A stretch of 64,000 nucleotides of DNA from an uncultured delta proteobacterium (lineage in GTDB: Bacteria; Desulfobacterota; Desulfuromonadia; Desulfuromonadales; BM103): assembly GCA_963715335.1 (NCBI GenBank), contig CAVQRZ010000021.1, forward strand, positions 18,641 through 82,640, read 5' to 3'. Position numbers and translations under genes: made by a program. This document shows, one piece after another, positions 18,366-28,942 of this stretch (position 1 is its first letter; each line of letters begins with the position of its first letter). Under the pieces are notes generated by a model. That model worked only from the letters and a program-made list of their open reading frames with translations. It did no database searches and was not told where the DNA came from.

Positions 18366-19271
18366 ATGGCCAAAGACTACTATGCTGTGCTCGGCCTGGA
18401 GAAATCTGCCGAAGCCGACCAGATCAAAAAAGCCTATCGTAAGCTGGCCCTGAAATACCATCCGGACAAAAATCCCGATGACAAGGCGGCTGAAGAGCGT
18501 TTCAAGGAAATTACCGAAGCCTACGCAGTGCTCTCCGATCCGGACAAAAAGAAGCAGTACGACCAGTTCGGCGATGCGGCGTTTCATCAGAACTTCTCGC
18601 AGGAAGACATTTTCCGGAGCGCCGATCTTGGCAGCATCTTCCGTGAATTCGGCTTCGGTGGCCGTGGCAGCGATGATATTTTCAGTCATATCTTCGGCGG
18701 CGCGGGACTCAATCAGGGTTTCGGCGGCCGCCAGAATTTTCACAGGCCGGTCAAGGGACAGGACTACCTGATGCGGCTGACGATCCCGTTCCGACAGGCG
18801 GTGCTCGGCGGCGAGCGGCGGGTTGACCTCGACCGTAACGGCAAGGTCGACCAGCTGCAGGTGCGCATCCCGGCCGGGGTCGAATCAGGACAGAAACTGC
18901 GCATCCCCGGCAAGGGCGGCGCCAGCCCGTCCGGCGGCCCGGCTGGAGACCTGATGCTGGAACTCACGGTGACCGGAGACTCCCGGTTCCAACGTGAAGG
19001 CAGTGATCTTTTTACAACAGTTAAGGTGCCGTTTAGCGGAGCGTGCCTCGGCACCTCGGTTGAAGTCGAAACCCTCGAGCAGGCCAAGCGCATCAAGGTC
19101 AAGCCCGGCACCCGGAGCGGCAGCAAGATCAGGTTGAAAGGTTTTGGTGTCCCCGGACGACCGGGCAAAGAGGCTGGTGATCTTTACGTTGTTATCGAAG
19201 TCGCCGTACCGCACCACCTGAATGACGAGCAAAAGGAATTGCTGAAACAGCTTCAGGCGCATGACCTTTGA
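18366..19271 (+). CDS. DnaJ-class (type II, CbpA-like) chaperone
   Basis: J domain KDYY...[13 protein letters not shown] region and C-terminal DnaJ domain; no zinc finger. Confidence 0.9.
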   Translation: MAKDYYAVLGLEKSAEADQIKKAYRKLALKYHPDKNPDDKAAEERFKEITEAYAVLSDPDKKKQYDQFGDAAFHQNFSQEDIFRSADLGSIFREFGFGGRGSDDIFSHIFGGAGLNQGFGGRQNFHRPVKGQDYLMRLTIPFRQAVLGGERRVDLDRNGKVDQLQVRIPAGVESGQKLRIPGKGGASPSGGPAGDLMLELTVTGDSRFQREGSDLFTTVKVPFSGACLGTSVEVETLEQAKRIKVKPGTRSGSKIRLKGFGVPGRPGKEAGDLYVVIEVAVPHHLNDEQKELLKQLQAHDL

Positions 19272-19322
19272 ACAAGTGTGGTGGTCGAGCACCTCGGAAC
19301 ATGTAAAACAGGGCCGGGCATG

Positions 19323-21140
19323 TCAGTGAATCAGCGGATTTCGCGGTAGTGAACGGCTCTCGTCAAAATCATCTTGTTCGAACTTGAACAGTGAAACCGT
19401 GTCTTGAAGTTGCCCGACCTGGCTGGCCAATTCCTCTGCGGTCGAGGAGAGCTCCTCCGCCGCTGCAGAATTTTGCTGGATAATCCGGTCAAGCTGCTGA
19501 ATCGCACTGCTGATCTGATTCGCTCCGGCATCCTGTTCGCCGCTGGCCAAAGAAATTTCCTGCACCAACTCGGCGGTCTTCTGAATAGCGGGAACGATCA
19601 TCTCCAACAAACGACCTGCGTTTTCCGCCACCTCGACGCTGGTACTTGACACATTGCCGATCTCTCCCGCAGCCACCTGGCTCCGCTCGGCAAGTTTTCG
19701 CACCTCGGCTGCGACAACCGCAAAGCCCTTGCCATGGGCTCCGGCCCGAGCAGCTTCAATTGCGGCGTTGAGTGCCAACAGATTGGTCTGCCTGGCAATC
19801 TCCTCGACAATCAGAATCTTGGAAGCAATTTCCTTCATCGCCAGCACGGTCTGCATGACGGCTTCGCCACCTTGACGGGTATCGGCGGCGGCCTTGCTGG
19901 CGATTTTTTCGGTCTGAATGGCATTGTCGGCGTTTTGCCGAATATTGGCGACCATCTCCTGCACGGAAGCGGCGGCCTGCTCTGCAGAAGAAGCCTGGGT
20001 CGATGCTCCTTCGGACAGGACCTGACTGGCTTTGGCGACTTCGCTGCTGCCGAGGGCAATCTGGCTGGTCGAAAGATTGATGCCGCCAGCGATCTCCCGC
20101 AGACTCACCAGCATCTTCTGCAGAGCGCGGCCGAACTGATCCTCCTTTGAAGCCAGTCGGATATCGACAGTCAGATCCCCCGCGGCAATCCCCTCGGCCA
20201 TGCCTATTTTTTCCTGCAAGCCCGCTGACATCAGGTTAAAGGCTTCTGCCAGGTCACCGATTTCATCCTTTTGGCCGATTTGCAAGCCTTCTGCGAAGCG
20301 CCCCAGGCTCATCTCACGGGCAGATTTCACAACCAGTGCCAAAGGCCTGGTGATGCTACGGATAATCAGAACGGTGAGAAAAAGCGAGAGGATCAGCGCA
20401 ACCAGGACTGTAATGACAAAATTGCGGGTTGTCTGAGAATAACTCTCCAGGGAGCTGAGGTAGCTCATTTTACCAAGCAACCCCATCAGCCCCTGAAGGG
20501 TGTCAAGAGACTGTTGTAACGTGCCGAAATCCTCGTCTGTTCCAGCCATCATGCCAGCCGCCATTTCGGCGCCGATATCTTTCATCGCCCGCACCGTTGG
20601 CATCACATCAATGACCGCCAGACGATAACTCTCGATGGCGAAAAAAACCTCTGTGCAGAGAAGCCTGGCCGTCTCGTCGTTAAGCTGCTCGGCATCCTCA
20701 GTCTGGAGGGCTTTCTTGATCCGTGCCAACTCTGCGCTCAACTCGACCCGTGACTTGACCAGAGCAGAATAATTATTGGCGCTTTTTTTCAAGACCTCGC
20801 CATCCAGATCGCCCATCACCGTGATCCTTTGCTGGGCCTGGTCGAGCAGCTTCATGAAACCGGCAACGCCCTGGTCAATGTCCTGCTCGCTCTTTTCCAT
20901 ATTGATCATGTTGACAACTTTGTAGATATGAGCGTTGGCGGCAAGCAGTATCTTACCCACGTCGCCGCTCTCACGGATATCCGCAAACTGGTTCTGGTAA
21001 AGGCTTTCCATAGCGTGATTCTGTCCCTGTAAACCGCGGAAGGAGACTGCGGCGAGGGCCAACATCAGTAGGACCATAAGACCGGCCAAGCCAAACAATT
21101 TGCCGGCTACCCTGAAATCAAGCAGTAGTCTCTTTATCAT
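19323..21140 (-). CDS. Methyl-accepting chemotaxis protein
   Basis: Two TM helices around a helical periplasmic domain, HAMP (KDEIGDLA) and signalling tip [37 protein letters not shown]. Start 21140 or TTG 21155. Confidence 0.93.
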   Translation of the reverse strand: MIKRLLLDFRVAGKLFGLAGLMVLLMLALAAVSFRGLQGQNHAMESLYQNQFADIRESGDVGKILLAANAHIYKVVNMINMEKSEQDIDQGVAGFMKLLDQAQQRITVMGDLDGEVLKKSANNYSALVKSRVELSAELARIKKALQTEDAEQLNDETARLLCTEVFFAIESYRLAVIDVMPTVRAMKDIGAEMAAGMMAGTDEDFGTLQQSLDTLQGLMGLLGKMSYLSSLESYSQTTRNFVITVLVALILSLFLTVLIIRSITRPLALVVKSAREMSLGRFAEGLQIGQKDEIGDLAEAFNLMSAGLQEKIGMAEGIAAGDLTVDIRLASKEDQFGRALQKMLVSLREIAGGINLSTSQIALGSSEVAKASQVLSEGASTQASSAEQAAASVQEMVANIRQNADNAIQTEKIASKAAADTRQGGEAVMQTVLAMKEIASKILIVEEIARQTNLLALNAAIEAARAGAHGKGFAVVAAEVRKLAERSQVAAGEIGNVSSTSVEVAENAGRLLEMIVPAIQKTAELVQEISLASGEQDAGANQISSAIQQLDRIIQQNSAAAEELSSTAEELASQVGQLQDTVSLFKFEQDDFDESRSLPRNPLIH

Positions 21141-21183
21141 TTCCCCTGCTTTCAACGAAAGGATGTATAGATGTAAAAGGGAC

Positions 21184-21216
21184 CCCGCCGCAGGTTGATC
21201 AAAAACTGCGGCGGGG
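21184..21216. terminator. GC-rich hairpin between the Cache gene and the MCP gene
   Basis: CCCGCCGCAG...CTGCGGCGGGG. Confidence 0.4.
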
Positions 21217-21240
21217 CGACATACAATTTAAATGCTTGAT

Positions 21241-21705
21241 TTATTCTTCTTCGTACATACCGGAACCAAGCCACCAGCCGTCATCCACCTTGACGACGTA
21301 GCCCATCTTCGGCATGACTTTCTTTTCTACAGGATTGTCCCAGTAATACCGGAGCCAGCCCTGACCGCCCTCGGCAATGTTGCGCAATTCCTCGATCACG
21401 CTCAGCCCCTTGGCGTCCTTGAGCCGCAGCAGGTTTTTACCGACCAGTGCCGGTTTGGCGCCGTGGGAGATAACATTGCCGTCAAAATCGTAAGCGAAGA
21501 TGTAAAGCTCCCCGCGGAAAAATTCGCCTTGAGGATTCATGAATTCTTTGAGGGCTTGTTCTTTACCGTTGGCTTTGGCGTAACTGACAGCCTTGTCGAC
21601 GAAAGCTTTCACTTCATCCTTGGTCGGATGTTGCTCGGAAGCTGAAGCCAATAAAGGCAACCCGACCAATAACACCGCCATCACAACCACAATTAACTTC
21701 TTCAT
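21241..21705 (-). CDS. Stand-alone periplasmic single-Cache domain protein
   Basis: Signal peptide, LYIFAYD...HG...LVGKN...KDAKG and GWLRYYWDNP...K.GYV. Preceded by an AGGAGG RBS. Confidence 0.88.
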   Translation of the reverse strand: MKKLIVVVMAVLLVGLPLLASASEQHPTKDEVKAFVDKAVSYAKANGKEQALKEFMNPQGEFFRGELYIFAYDFDGNVISHGAKPALVGKNLLRLKDAKGLSVIEELRNIAEGGQGWLRYYWDNPVEKKVMPKMGYVVKVDDGWWLGSGMYEEE

Positions 21706-21851
21706 CTAAAATAACCTCCTAGCCCGACGTTTCCCCGAGATCCCCTGTCACACCATTGCAACCAGGGGCTACCGAGTGTTTAGTGCCAACAGGGGGCCTG
21801 GATTATTCAGCGGTGCCCCACAGCATTCTGGCATACGATACAAGAGAATAA

Positions 21852-21868
21852 AGCAACTTATGTACCAA
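21852..21868 (-). promoter_or_regulatory. Putative sigma54 (-24/-12) promoter for the Cache-MCP genes
   Basis: Minus strand TTGGTAC-ATAAG-TTGCT (GG-N10-GC). Confidence 0.55.
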
Positions 21869-22310
21869 AAGCATTGAGGGTGCAGAGGCTCAGGCCGGCT
21901 CGGGAGCATGTCTTTAACAGCACGCATTGGAAGATTTGAAAAGTCAGTGATTTCAGCAGTTTATAAAATATTGAGGGCGGTTACGTTGCCTATCAATTCG
22001 CCGCAAATTACTGTGCCTCCTGAATTTGTCCATCGACAACCTGTAACTTGAACGTAAAACTGTGCCCGCATCCGCAAAAGTGTGTCATGGGTTGATGCGG
22101 ACGATTGCAAACCAGCAATGGGCTCAACCTGTAAATCGGTTTTTTGCCGCCGGAGCATCAGGTAAGTGCGACATAGCTCGACATTGTTAGTGGCAAGGAG
22201 AATAAAAACTGAACGTGGGTTGGGAGGAAGCAAGCAATTGCTACCGAAAGGATTACGCCTGCTGCACAAATGTACTCAAGCCTTCTATCTAACTTAACGG
22301 TCAAAGGCCG

Positions 22311-22814
22311 TCAGAATATGGATGCCAGCCGCATGTAGGCTTTTTGCAGCCGGTTCGACTCCGACAGCAGCATCCCCTTGAGAAGCTTGGTGCCGATGGC
22401 AGGATAATCTTCAAGTAATCGGTTGAAGTTGTCGTGAGCAAGCAGGATCAAACCGGAATTCTCCATAGCCGTCGCGGTCGTGTAGCGCGGCGCCGTGTCA
22501 ACTGCGCAGCTGGAACCGATAACAGAGCCACGGCTGAACACCCCGACGACGACCTGCTTGCCGGGGAACTCGGTGTCAACCTTGATCTGGACCCGCCCGG
22601 AGATGATGAAGGCGATATAGTCACAGGAATCACCGGCCTTCCAGAGGTTGGTGCGCGCGGCAACAGTCCGACAGTTAAAAAAAACGCTCACATCACCGAG
22701 ATCGCCCTCAGACAGAAAGCTGAAGAAGCCGAGTTCACGCTTCATCTGCTTGCAAAGGCGGGATGAACACTCCTCACCAAGACAGACGCTGTCAAAAGGC
22801 TCCAGTGAGGTCAT
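22311..22814 (-). CDS. Cyclic-nucleotide-binding domain protein (no HTH)
   Basis: FFSFL...LWKAGD...FIISGRVQI...G.VIG...PRYTTATA. 4-bp overlap with mlaC. Confidence 0.8.
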   Translation of the reverse strand: MTSLEPFDSVCLGEECSSRLCKQMKRELGFFSFLSEGDLGDVSVFFNCRTVAARTNLWKAGDSCDYIAFIISGRVQIKVDTEFPGKQVVVGVFSRGSVIGSSCAVDTAPRYTTATAMENSGLILLAHDNFNRLLEDYPAIGTKLLKGMLLSESNRLQKAYMRLASIF

Positions 22815-23434
22815 GTCTTTTCCCCAATCCTCATGGGTTGCCCATGTAATTCGGCGATCTTCTCTCTCATGCGCTCGAAGAGCCCCGCATACCCCTCCTT
22901 GCGCACGATTTCACCATAGCTGCTCCGATAATTCTTGATCAGGCTGATATCTTCGACCACCACATCGTAGGCAAACCAGTCATCCCCCTGTTTGACCATG
23001 CGGTATTCAATCGGGATGTCCGTATTGCGGCTGTGGACGACCGTAACCACGACCGCGCGGTCGCCATCAATTTTTTCCGAGTTATAGTCGACCGTTTCGT
23101 CCGAGTAGGCTTCAATCCTGCCAATGTAGCTTGCCTCAAGAAGATCGGAATACAGGCGGACGAATTCATTCTGCTCCTGTGCCGTGGCTTTTTTCCAATG
23201 TTGCCCTAGGGTGCGTTGGGACATGATGACAAAATCGAAACGTGCCCTTATCAGTTCGCTCAGGACCTTGCGCCGGGCCTCGCCCTGCAGCTCACCCTGA
23301 CGCAACACCTCTATCACCTGGTTCACGGTGGCCTTGACCTGCTCCAGCGGTGATGCCGCACAAATAGCCTGAGGCACTCCGAAAACGAGAACCCCAAAGA
23401 TAATAAGCAGTACTTTTTTCGACCATATAGTCAT
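22811..23434 (-). CDS. mlaC: MlaC/Ttg2D-family periplasmic phospholipid-binding protein
   Basis: Signal peptide, FDF..MSQRTLG.HW and YDVVVEDISLIKNYR. Confidence 0.88.
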   Translation of the reverse strand: MTIWSKKVLLIIFGVLVFGVPQAICAASPLEQVKATVNQVIEVLRQGELQGEARRKVLSELIRARFDFVIMSQRTLGQHWKKATAQEQNEFVRLYSDLLEASYIGRIEAYSDETVDYNSEKIDGDRAVVVTVVHSRNTDIPIEYRMVKQGDDWFAYDVVVEDISLIKNYRSSYGEIVRKEGYAGLFERMREKIAELHGQPMRIGEKT

Positions 23435-23467
23435 TGTTCAAACCTCGGCAGTAACAGACAGCAGTCA

Positions 23468-24235
23468 TTATTTTTCGACTTTTGCCGCCCGGTTCTGCAT
23501 GAAAGCGTTACGGATAAAAAGATACGGATCAAGCTCATCTCTCTTGATCGATTCATAGGTGTCTTTGTCGAGAGAAACTTCATTCACCTTGTCGTATGAC
23601 TGTATACCGGCCACTTCAAGTGGCTTCATCTGCAGATAAAAGGGCGAGGGTACCGGGTGGACCAGAGAATCGGCCACTTGACCGACGGCATCCCGGGCAT
23701 TCGTCGGCCCGAAAACCGGCAGGACCAGGTAAAAGCCGGTAGACGTTCCGTAGCGCCCCAGCGTTTGCCCAAAGTCCTCGGCATCCGGTTTGACCATGTC
23801 ATCCGGGGTCAGGTCAAACAGGCCCGCGATACCGAAAGTGGTATTGAGCATGAACAGCGCCAGCTCACCGGCCGCGTCATGACCCTTGCCCTGCAGCAGG
23901 CAGTTCACAAACCTGACCGGTGTCGCGAGGTTGTGGAAGAAGTTGCCGACAGATTCGCGGACCGGCTCCGGAGCCACGTAACGATAGCCCTTCGCAACCG
24001 GCTTCAACAGGTAGAAATAGAGCTTGTCGTTAAACCAGAACATGCCGCGGTTGAACGGCTCCAGCGGATCCCAAACCGACAGTTCCTGATCACCCTCGTC
24101 AAGTTCCGTCCAGTCGACATCCGCCCGGGTTGCAGCTGGCGACACAGTGACACCATCCTCAACCTGGCCAGACCAGGCGATGGTCACTCCAACGACGAGA
24201 AAAATGAATGGCAACAGAACGATTCGACGTATCAT
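23468..24235 (-). CDS. mlaA: MlaA/VacJ-family protein
   Basis: DPLEPFNRGMFWFND, NTTFGIAGLFD, EDFGQTLG and DPYLFIRNA. Confidence 0.9.
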   Translation of the reverse strand: MIRRIVLLPFIFLVVGVTIAWSGQVEDGVTVSPAATRADVDWTELDEGDQELSVWDPLEPFNRGMFWFNDKLYFYLLKPVAKGYRYVAPEPVRESVGNFFHNLATPVRFVNCLLQGKGHDAAGELALFMLNTTFGIAGLFDLTPDDMVKPDAEDFGQTLGRYGTSTGFYLVLPVFGPTNARDAVGQVADSLVHPVPSPFYLQMKPLEVAGIQSYDKVNEVSLDKDTYESIKRDELDPYLFIRNAFMQNRAAKVEK

Positions 24236-24280
24236 CGGCAACAGCTCCTTACTGCAGAGCGCGTTTCCGGGGAAACAGGC

Positions 24281-24727
24281 TTAATTTTTTTCAAAGATGT
24301 ACTTGCTCACCAGTTCTTCGAGATTGATGGCCGACTCGGTCTCGTGAATACGGCCGCCATCGCCGAGCAACGCCTCGGAACCTCCCGGTGAGATATCGAT
24401 GTAGCGGTCGCCGATGATCCCGGCGGTACGGACCGACGCGATACTGTCATCCTGCAAGACGACGCCCTGGTCGATCGACATGACTACCTTCGCTTCGTAG
24501 TCGTCCGGGTCAAAGCTGATATCGGTCACCTTGCCCACCTTCACTCCGGCAATCTCGACAATTGCGCCATCTTTCAGACCTGAGACCGAACCGAACTTTG
24601 CCGAGACTGCGTAGGTCTGCGGACCAAAGATATCAATGTCACCCAGCTGTACGGAGAGCCACGCAAAACAGAGAAAGCCGGCGATCATGAAGAGACCGAC
24701 AACCATTTCAACATTAAACCTGCGCAT
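24281..24727 (-). CDS. mlaD: MlaD (MCE-domain) protein
   Basis: VGLF TM segment, GLKDGAIVEIAGVKVGKV and TAGIIGDRYI. Confidence 0.9.
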   Translation of the reverse strand: MRRFNVEMVVGLFMIAGFLCFAWLSVQLGDIDIFGPQTYAVSAKFGSVSGLKDGAIVEIAGVKVGKVTDISFDPDDYEAKVVMSIDQGVVLQDDSIASVRTAGIIGDRYIDISPGGSEALLGDGGRIHETESAINLEELVSKYIFEKN

Positions 24728-25526
24728 AAAAACCGTTCTCCTCTCTGTCACTTGAATAGAGATGTCCCATGGTTTCTTCGACAAAAGCCCTGATCGTCGG
24801 TTGCTCGGAAAGCTGGAAATCCTCTGGGGACATACACCCCTGGATCCGGCCTTCTGCGAGCAACGCCACCTCGTCAGCCAGTTTGAAAATTTTCGGCACA
24901 TCATGGCTGACGATCACTGCAGTATAGCCGAGCTGCTGCTGGGTCCGATAAAAGAGCCGGTAGAGCTCGTTGCTCTTGTGAGCATCCAGGCCGGTAGTCG
25001 GTTCATCGAAAAAAACGATTTTCGGCCTCAGCATCAGGGCCCTGGCAAGGCCGACGCGCTTACGCATGCCGCCACTAAGCTGTGCGGGAAATTTATCTAT
25101 CGCTTCCTGCAGCCCCATCAGGCCGAGCTTCTCCATGACGCCCTGGCGCACCTCGTCTTCATTCCGCCGGGTCCTCTCACGTAAAGGCAGGGCAACATTA
25201 TCGTAAACATTCAGCGAATCAAAGAGCGCGGCATTCTGGAAAAGAACACCAAAATTTTCACGGATCTCGTCCTTCTCTTTTCGATTCAGGCGATTGATAT
25301 TACGACCGAAGACCTTGACCGTGCCGCGGTCCGGCCTGACCAGGCCGAGCATGTGCTTGATAATAACGCTTTTGCCCTGCCCGCTTGCGCCAACGATCAC
25401 CAGGGTCCGGCCTTCGCGAACCTGCAGATCGACACCGCGCAGCACCGCTTGACGCCCGAAAGACTTCTTGACGCCGGAGAGCTCGATGACCACAGGTGGG
25501 GTATGATTGTCCTGACCATTCATCAT
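24714..25526 (-). CDS. mlaF: MlaF-like ABC transporter ATPase
   Basis: GASGQGKS, FQNAALFDS, LSGGMRKRVGLARAL and FFDEPTTGLD. Confidence 0.9.
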   Translation of the reverse strand: MMNGQDNHTPPVVIELSGVKKSFGRQAVLRGVDLQVREGRTLVIVGASGQGKSVIIKHMLGLVRPDRGTVKVFGRNINRLNRKEKDEIRENFGVLFQNAALFDSLNVYDNVALPLRERTRRNEDEVRQGVMEKLGLMGLQEAIDKFPAQLSGGMRKRVGLARALMLRPKIVFFDEPTTGLDAHKSNELYRLFYRTQQQLGYTAVIVSHDVPKIFKLADEVALLAEGRIQGCMSPEDFQLSEQPTIRAFVEETMGHLYSSDREENGFYAQV

Positions 25527-25551
25527 TAAAGTCCCATCAGCATTGGCAGTA

Positions 25552-26340
25552 TCACAACAGCAGGGCGCTGATCAGGTAATCCCACACCAGCACACTGACC
25601 GAGGAGAGCACCACCGCATCCGTTGTCGTCCGACTGACCCCTTCCGCACCAAAACCTCCCGACCGCTCCAGGTGCAGGTAAAACCCTTTGCAGGCGGCAA
25701 TCCAGACCATCAGCAAACCGAAAACCAATGATTTGACCAGGCCCATTTCCACATCAGCCCAGACCACGCTGGAGTACATCCCCTGAAAATATGCCCCAGG
25801 ATTGATGCCGAACAGACCGGACCCGACCATGTACCCACCCATGATACCGATCACGTCAAAGATCGCCGTCAGCAATGGCATGGCAATAATTCCGGCAAGT
25901 AATTTGGGCGCGATCAGGTAGCGAAAAGGATCAACCGCCATACACTCCAGGGCATCGATCTGCTCGGAGTTGCGCATAATGCCCATCTCGGCGCAGATCG
26001 CCGAGCCGGCCCGACCGATGACCATGAGTGCAGTCAAGACCGGCCCGAGTTCACGGATCAGGCTCAGGGCGACCGCCGAACCGAGAAATCCCTCGGAGCC
26101 AAATTTACGCAGTGTGTAGTAGCCCTGCAGACCAAGGACCATGCCGGTGAAAAGGCCAGTGAAAAGAATAACGAATGCCGAGCGCGCACCGATAAAATGA
26201 ACCTGGCGCACCACCGGCTTCAACTTGAACGGCGGGTGGAAAACACTCGCCAGGGCACGCACCAGAAACATCCCCATGCGACCGGAGGTTTCGAGAAAAC
26301 CGAGTGATCCGGAACCTATTTTTTCTATCAACTGGTACAT
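25552..26340 (-). CDS. mlaE: MlaE-family ABC transporter permease
   Basis: GMVLGLQ, RELGPVLTALMVIGRAGSA, EQIDAL and GAEGVSRTTT. Confidence 0.92.
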   Translation of the reverse strand: MYQLIEKIGSGSLGFLETSGRMGMFLVRALASVFHPPFKLKPVVRQVHFIGARSAFVILFTGLFTGMVLGLQGYYTLRKFGSEGFLGSAVALSLIRELGPVLTALMVIGRAGSAICAEMGIMRNSEQIDALECMAVDPFRYLIAPKLLAGIIAMPLLTAIFDVIGIMGGYMVGSGLFGINPGAYFQGMYSSVVWADVEMGLVKSLVFGLLMVWIAACKGFYLHLERSGGFGAEGVSRTTTDAVVLSSVSVLVWDYLISALLL

Positions 26341-26584
26341 AAATAGTCTTTTCAGGGTTTGCAGAGACCTCGGCACCCGAGGTGTCTCACACAAACATCA
26401 TAACACAGCCAAACCTTTTTACCTCACCAACGCCGCAGAGACAAAGAGATCATTAATTACAGGGAGATGAGAGTTTTCTCAGAGTACTGGTGAACGACCA
26501 CAGGCGAGCGCTTTTGCTCCGGAGCTGGAGCGGACAAGCCTGCCCCGCTACAGGATTAACCGGGGGCGGATCCAGAGCCAAAAT

Positions 26585-26619
26585 AAAAGGGCGGGCCAAG
26601 ATTGGCCCGCCCTGAAAAA
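26585..26619. terminator. Intrinsic terminator after the heme operon
   Basis: AAAAGGGCGGGCCAA-GA-TTGGCCCGCCCT; the T-tract lies on the minus strand. Confidence 0.65.
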
Positions 26620-26667
26620 GAGCTGACTGCTCCGCCTTTGCACCTAACCCGGCGTGCGCAAACCGAC

Positions 26668-26850
26668 TCAGTTATGGCAGGTCGGATCGTACATCATCGC
26701 CAGCCGGCCGCGACTGGCCAGGCAATTCGCACAGACCTTGCCAGCATCGCCGTAGCGTTCCTTGGCGAGGATCATGCCGGCCTCAATCTCCGTGCCACCC
26801 GGCAGATTCTCTGGGTCGAATTCTGCTCCGCAGTGCCTGCAGGGGATCAT
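26668..26850 (-). CDS. Small CxxC...CxxC protein (60 aa), unknown function
   Basis: MIPCRHCG...VCANCLASRGRL; ATGA overlap with the hemH stop; terminator follows. Confidence 0.7.
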   Translation of the reverse strand: MIPCRHCGAEFDPENLPGGTEIEAGMILAKERYGDAGKVCANCLASRGRLAMMYDPTCHN

Positions 26851-27872
26851 CCGGAGCCTTTCAGGTGGCTGCGGACCAGTGCGGCAAGGGCCTGCAGAAA
26901 GTCCATGTTGTCGTTCAGCGATGGCGCACGTTCGAACCTCGGCAGGCCGATCGCTTCGGCATGCATGCGGAATTCGAAATCAATCTCCTGCAGGGTTTCG
27001 ATATGGTCCGAGACGAACGAAATCGGCACGATCAACACGCCCGGGGCCTTCTCGGCACCGAGTTGATCGAGCACGTTCAGGGTGTCCGGCTCCATCCACT
27101 GCACCGGACCCGTCCGGCTCTGGAAGCCAAGCTTCCAGGGGCGTTCTTCGAAGCGCTGCATGACTCCCCGCACTGTGCACAAGACATGGTCAAGGTAAGG
27201 GTCGCCTTCGTCTATGAACTTCTGCGGCAGGGCGTGGGCAGAAAAAAGGATCGGAATTTCGTCACGGACCAATTCGTGAAACTTTTCCAACCCTTCACGT
27301 ATGCGGTTGGCCAAAGCATCGAGGTATCCCGGCCAGTCGTACCATTCGCGAATGATCGTGTACTGGAGTTCCGGATAGATGCTGGCCGCGGCCGCCTCAA
27401 AGTCCTTAACGCTGCTGCCGGTGGTTGCGCCGGTGTAATGCGGATACATCGAGAGCACGACGGCCTGTTCGATGCCGTCCTGCTTCATCCGACGCAGACA
27501 CTCATCGGCGCGGGGCTTCCAGTAGCGCATCGCCACGTATGGTCTGACCTGCGCGCCAAGCTCCCGCGCAGCACCCTGCGCCTGTTTCTCCGTCCACGAC
27601 AAAAGCGGCGACCGGCCACCGATCATGGCATAGTTAACCCTGACCTTCGGTGCCCGGATCCGACTGATCAGCCAAGCGAAGGGCTTCTGCAAAAGGGCCC
27701 CGGCCGGCAGCTGAATCAGCTCCCGGTCGGAAAACAGGTTATAGAGAAAAGGACGGACCGCCCTTAGCGAGTCGGGTCCGCCCATATTCAAAAGGACCAG
27801 GCCCGTTGGTTTCTCTAGAGAGACCAACGGCCGGGGGCTGGGGGTTGGGGGCTGGTTACTCTCGCCTCGCAT
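26847..27872 (-). CDS. hemH: Ferrochelatase
   Basis: LLNMGGP, IGGRSPL, AMRYWKP, FSAHALP, FQSRTGP and FVSDHIETLQEID. Start uncertain (lies in heptamer repeats). Confidence 0.93.
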   Translation of the reverse strand: MRGESNQPPTPSPRPLVSLEKPTGLVLLNMGGPDSLRAVRPFLYNLFSDRELIQLPAGALLQKPFAWLISRIRAPKVRVNYAMIGGRSPLLSWTEKQAQGAARELGAQVRPYVAMRYWKPRADECLRRMKQDGIEQAVVLSMYPHYTGATTGSSVKDFEAAAASIYPELQYTIIREWYDWPGYLDALANRIREGLEKFHELVRDEIPILFSAHALPQKFIDEGDPYLDHVLCTVRGVMQRFEERPWKLGFQSRTGPVQWMEPDTLNVLDQLGAEKAPGVLIVPISFVSDHIETLQEIDFEFRMHAEAIGLPRFERAPSLNDNMDFLQALAALVRSHLKGSG

Positions 27873-27890
27873 TTCGCGCCGCGCGCCTCG
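27831..27890. repeat. Heptamer-periodic repeats between hemE and the hemH core
   Basis: GGGCTGG-GGGTTGG-GGGCTGG followed by TCGCN3 7-mers. Confidence 0.6.
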
Positions 27891-28916
27891 TTATTTGCCG
27901 CTGTGCTTGTGGACGCATTCAACCATGAACTTGGCGTGCTCGGGGTCAACCGTCGGCAGGATGCCATGGCCAAGGTTGAAGATGTGCCCGGGACGGCCGG
28001 CATTCTCGTCGAGGATCCGCTTGACCTCGCGCTCGATGTGCTCTTTTGGCGCATAGAGCACGGTCGGGTCGAGATTGCCCTGCACAGCAATATCGGGGCC
28101 GATGATATCTCTGGCCTTGCCGAGGTTGACATGCCAGTCGAGGCCCATGACATCCGATCCGGCCTTGGCAACAGTATCAAGCATGGTGCCGGCACCCTTG
28201 ACGAAGTGGATGATCGGTACACTGCGGTCGAGGCCGTCAATCAGCTTCTTCGTGTAGGGGAGGATGAACTTCTCATAGTCGAGGGGTGAAACGATGCCCC
28301 CCCAGGTGTCAAAGATCTGGATCGTCTGGGCACCGGCTGCAATCTGGGCGTTCAGATACTGACGGTCCATTTCCGTGATCTTATCCATCAGCTTGGCATA
28401 CAGCTTAGGCGCCCCGTACATCAAGCGTTTGATCTGGGCGAAATCTTTGCTCCCCTTGCCTTCGACCATATAGCAGGCCAGGGTGAAGGGGGCGCCGCCG
28501 AAACCGATCAGGGGTACACGGCCTTCAAACTCGCGACGCAGAATCTTGATCGTCTCGAGGACGTAAGGGACGTCCTCTTCCATCACCGGGATGCGCAGGG
28601 CATCGATATCGGCCTCGGTACGCACCGGGTTCTCGAACACCGGACCGGGCACGAAGTCAAGCTTCAGCCCCATCGGTTCCACCGGTGTCAGGATGTCGGA
28701 GAAAAGGATCGCCGCATCGGCGTTCAGGTAGTCGATCGGCTGAATCGTCACCTCGGCGGCGAGCTCAGGGGTTTTGCACAATTCGAGGAAGGTGACTTTC
28801 TTACGTACCGCCATGTACTGGGGCAGGTAACGGCCGGCCTGGCGCATCAGCCAGACCGGGGTGTAATCGGTTTTCTCACCGCGACAGGCTTTCAGAAACG
28901 TATAATCCTGGGACAT
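27891..28916 (-). CDS. hemE: Uroporphyrinogen decarboxylase
   Basis: PVWLMRQAGRYLP, AAILFSDIL, GAPFTLACY, QGNLDP and IFNLGHGI. Confidence 0.97.
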   Translation of the reverse strand: MSQDYTFLKACRGEKTDYTPVWLMRQAGRYLPQYMAVRKKVTFLELCKTPELAAEVTIQPIDYLNADAAILFSDILTPVEPMGLKLDFVPGPVFENPVRTEADIDALRIPVMEEDVPYVLETIKILRREFEGRVPLIGFGGAPFTLACYMVEGKGSKDFAQIKRLMYGAPKLYAKLMDKITEMDRQYLNAQIAAGAQTIQIFDTWGGIVSPLDYEKFILPYTKKLIDGLDRSVPIIHFVKGAGTMLDTVAKAGSDVMGLDWHVNLGKARDIIGPDIAVQGNLDPTVLYAPKEHIEREVKRILDENAGRPGHIFNLGHGILPTVDPEHAKFMVECVHKHSGK

Positions 28917-28942
28917 GTTGTTGCCTCCTGTATATTAAATTC

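Noticed and set aside
21961..22269. ORF in the AT-rich gap upstream of the Cache gene
   Set aside because: GTG start without an RBS, atypical composition and no motifs; more likely a regulatory region.
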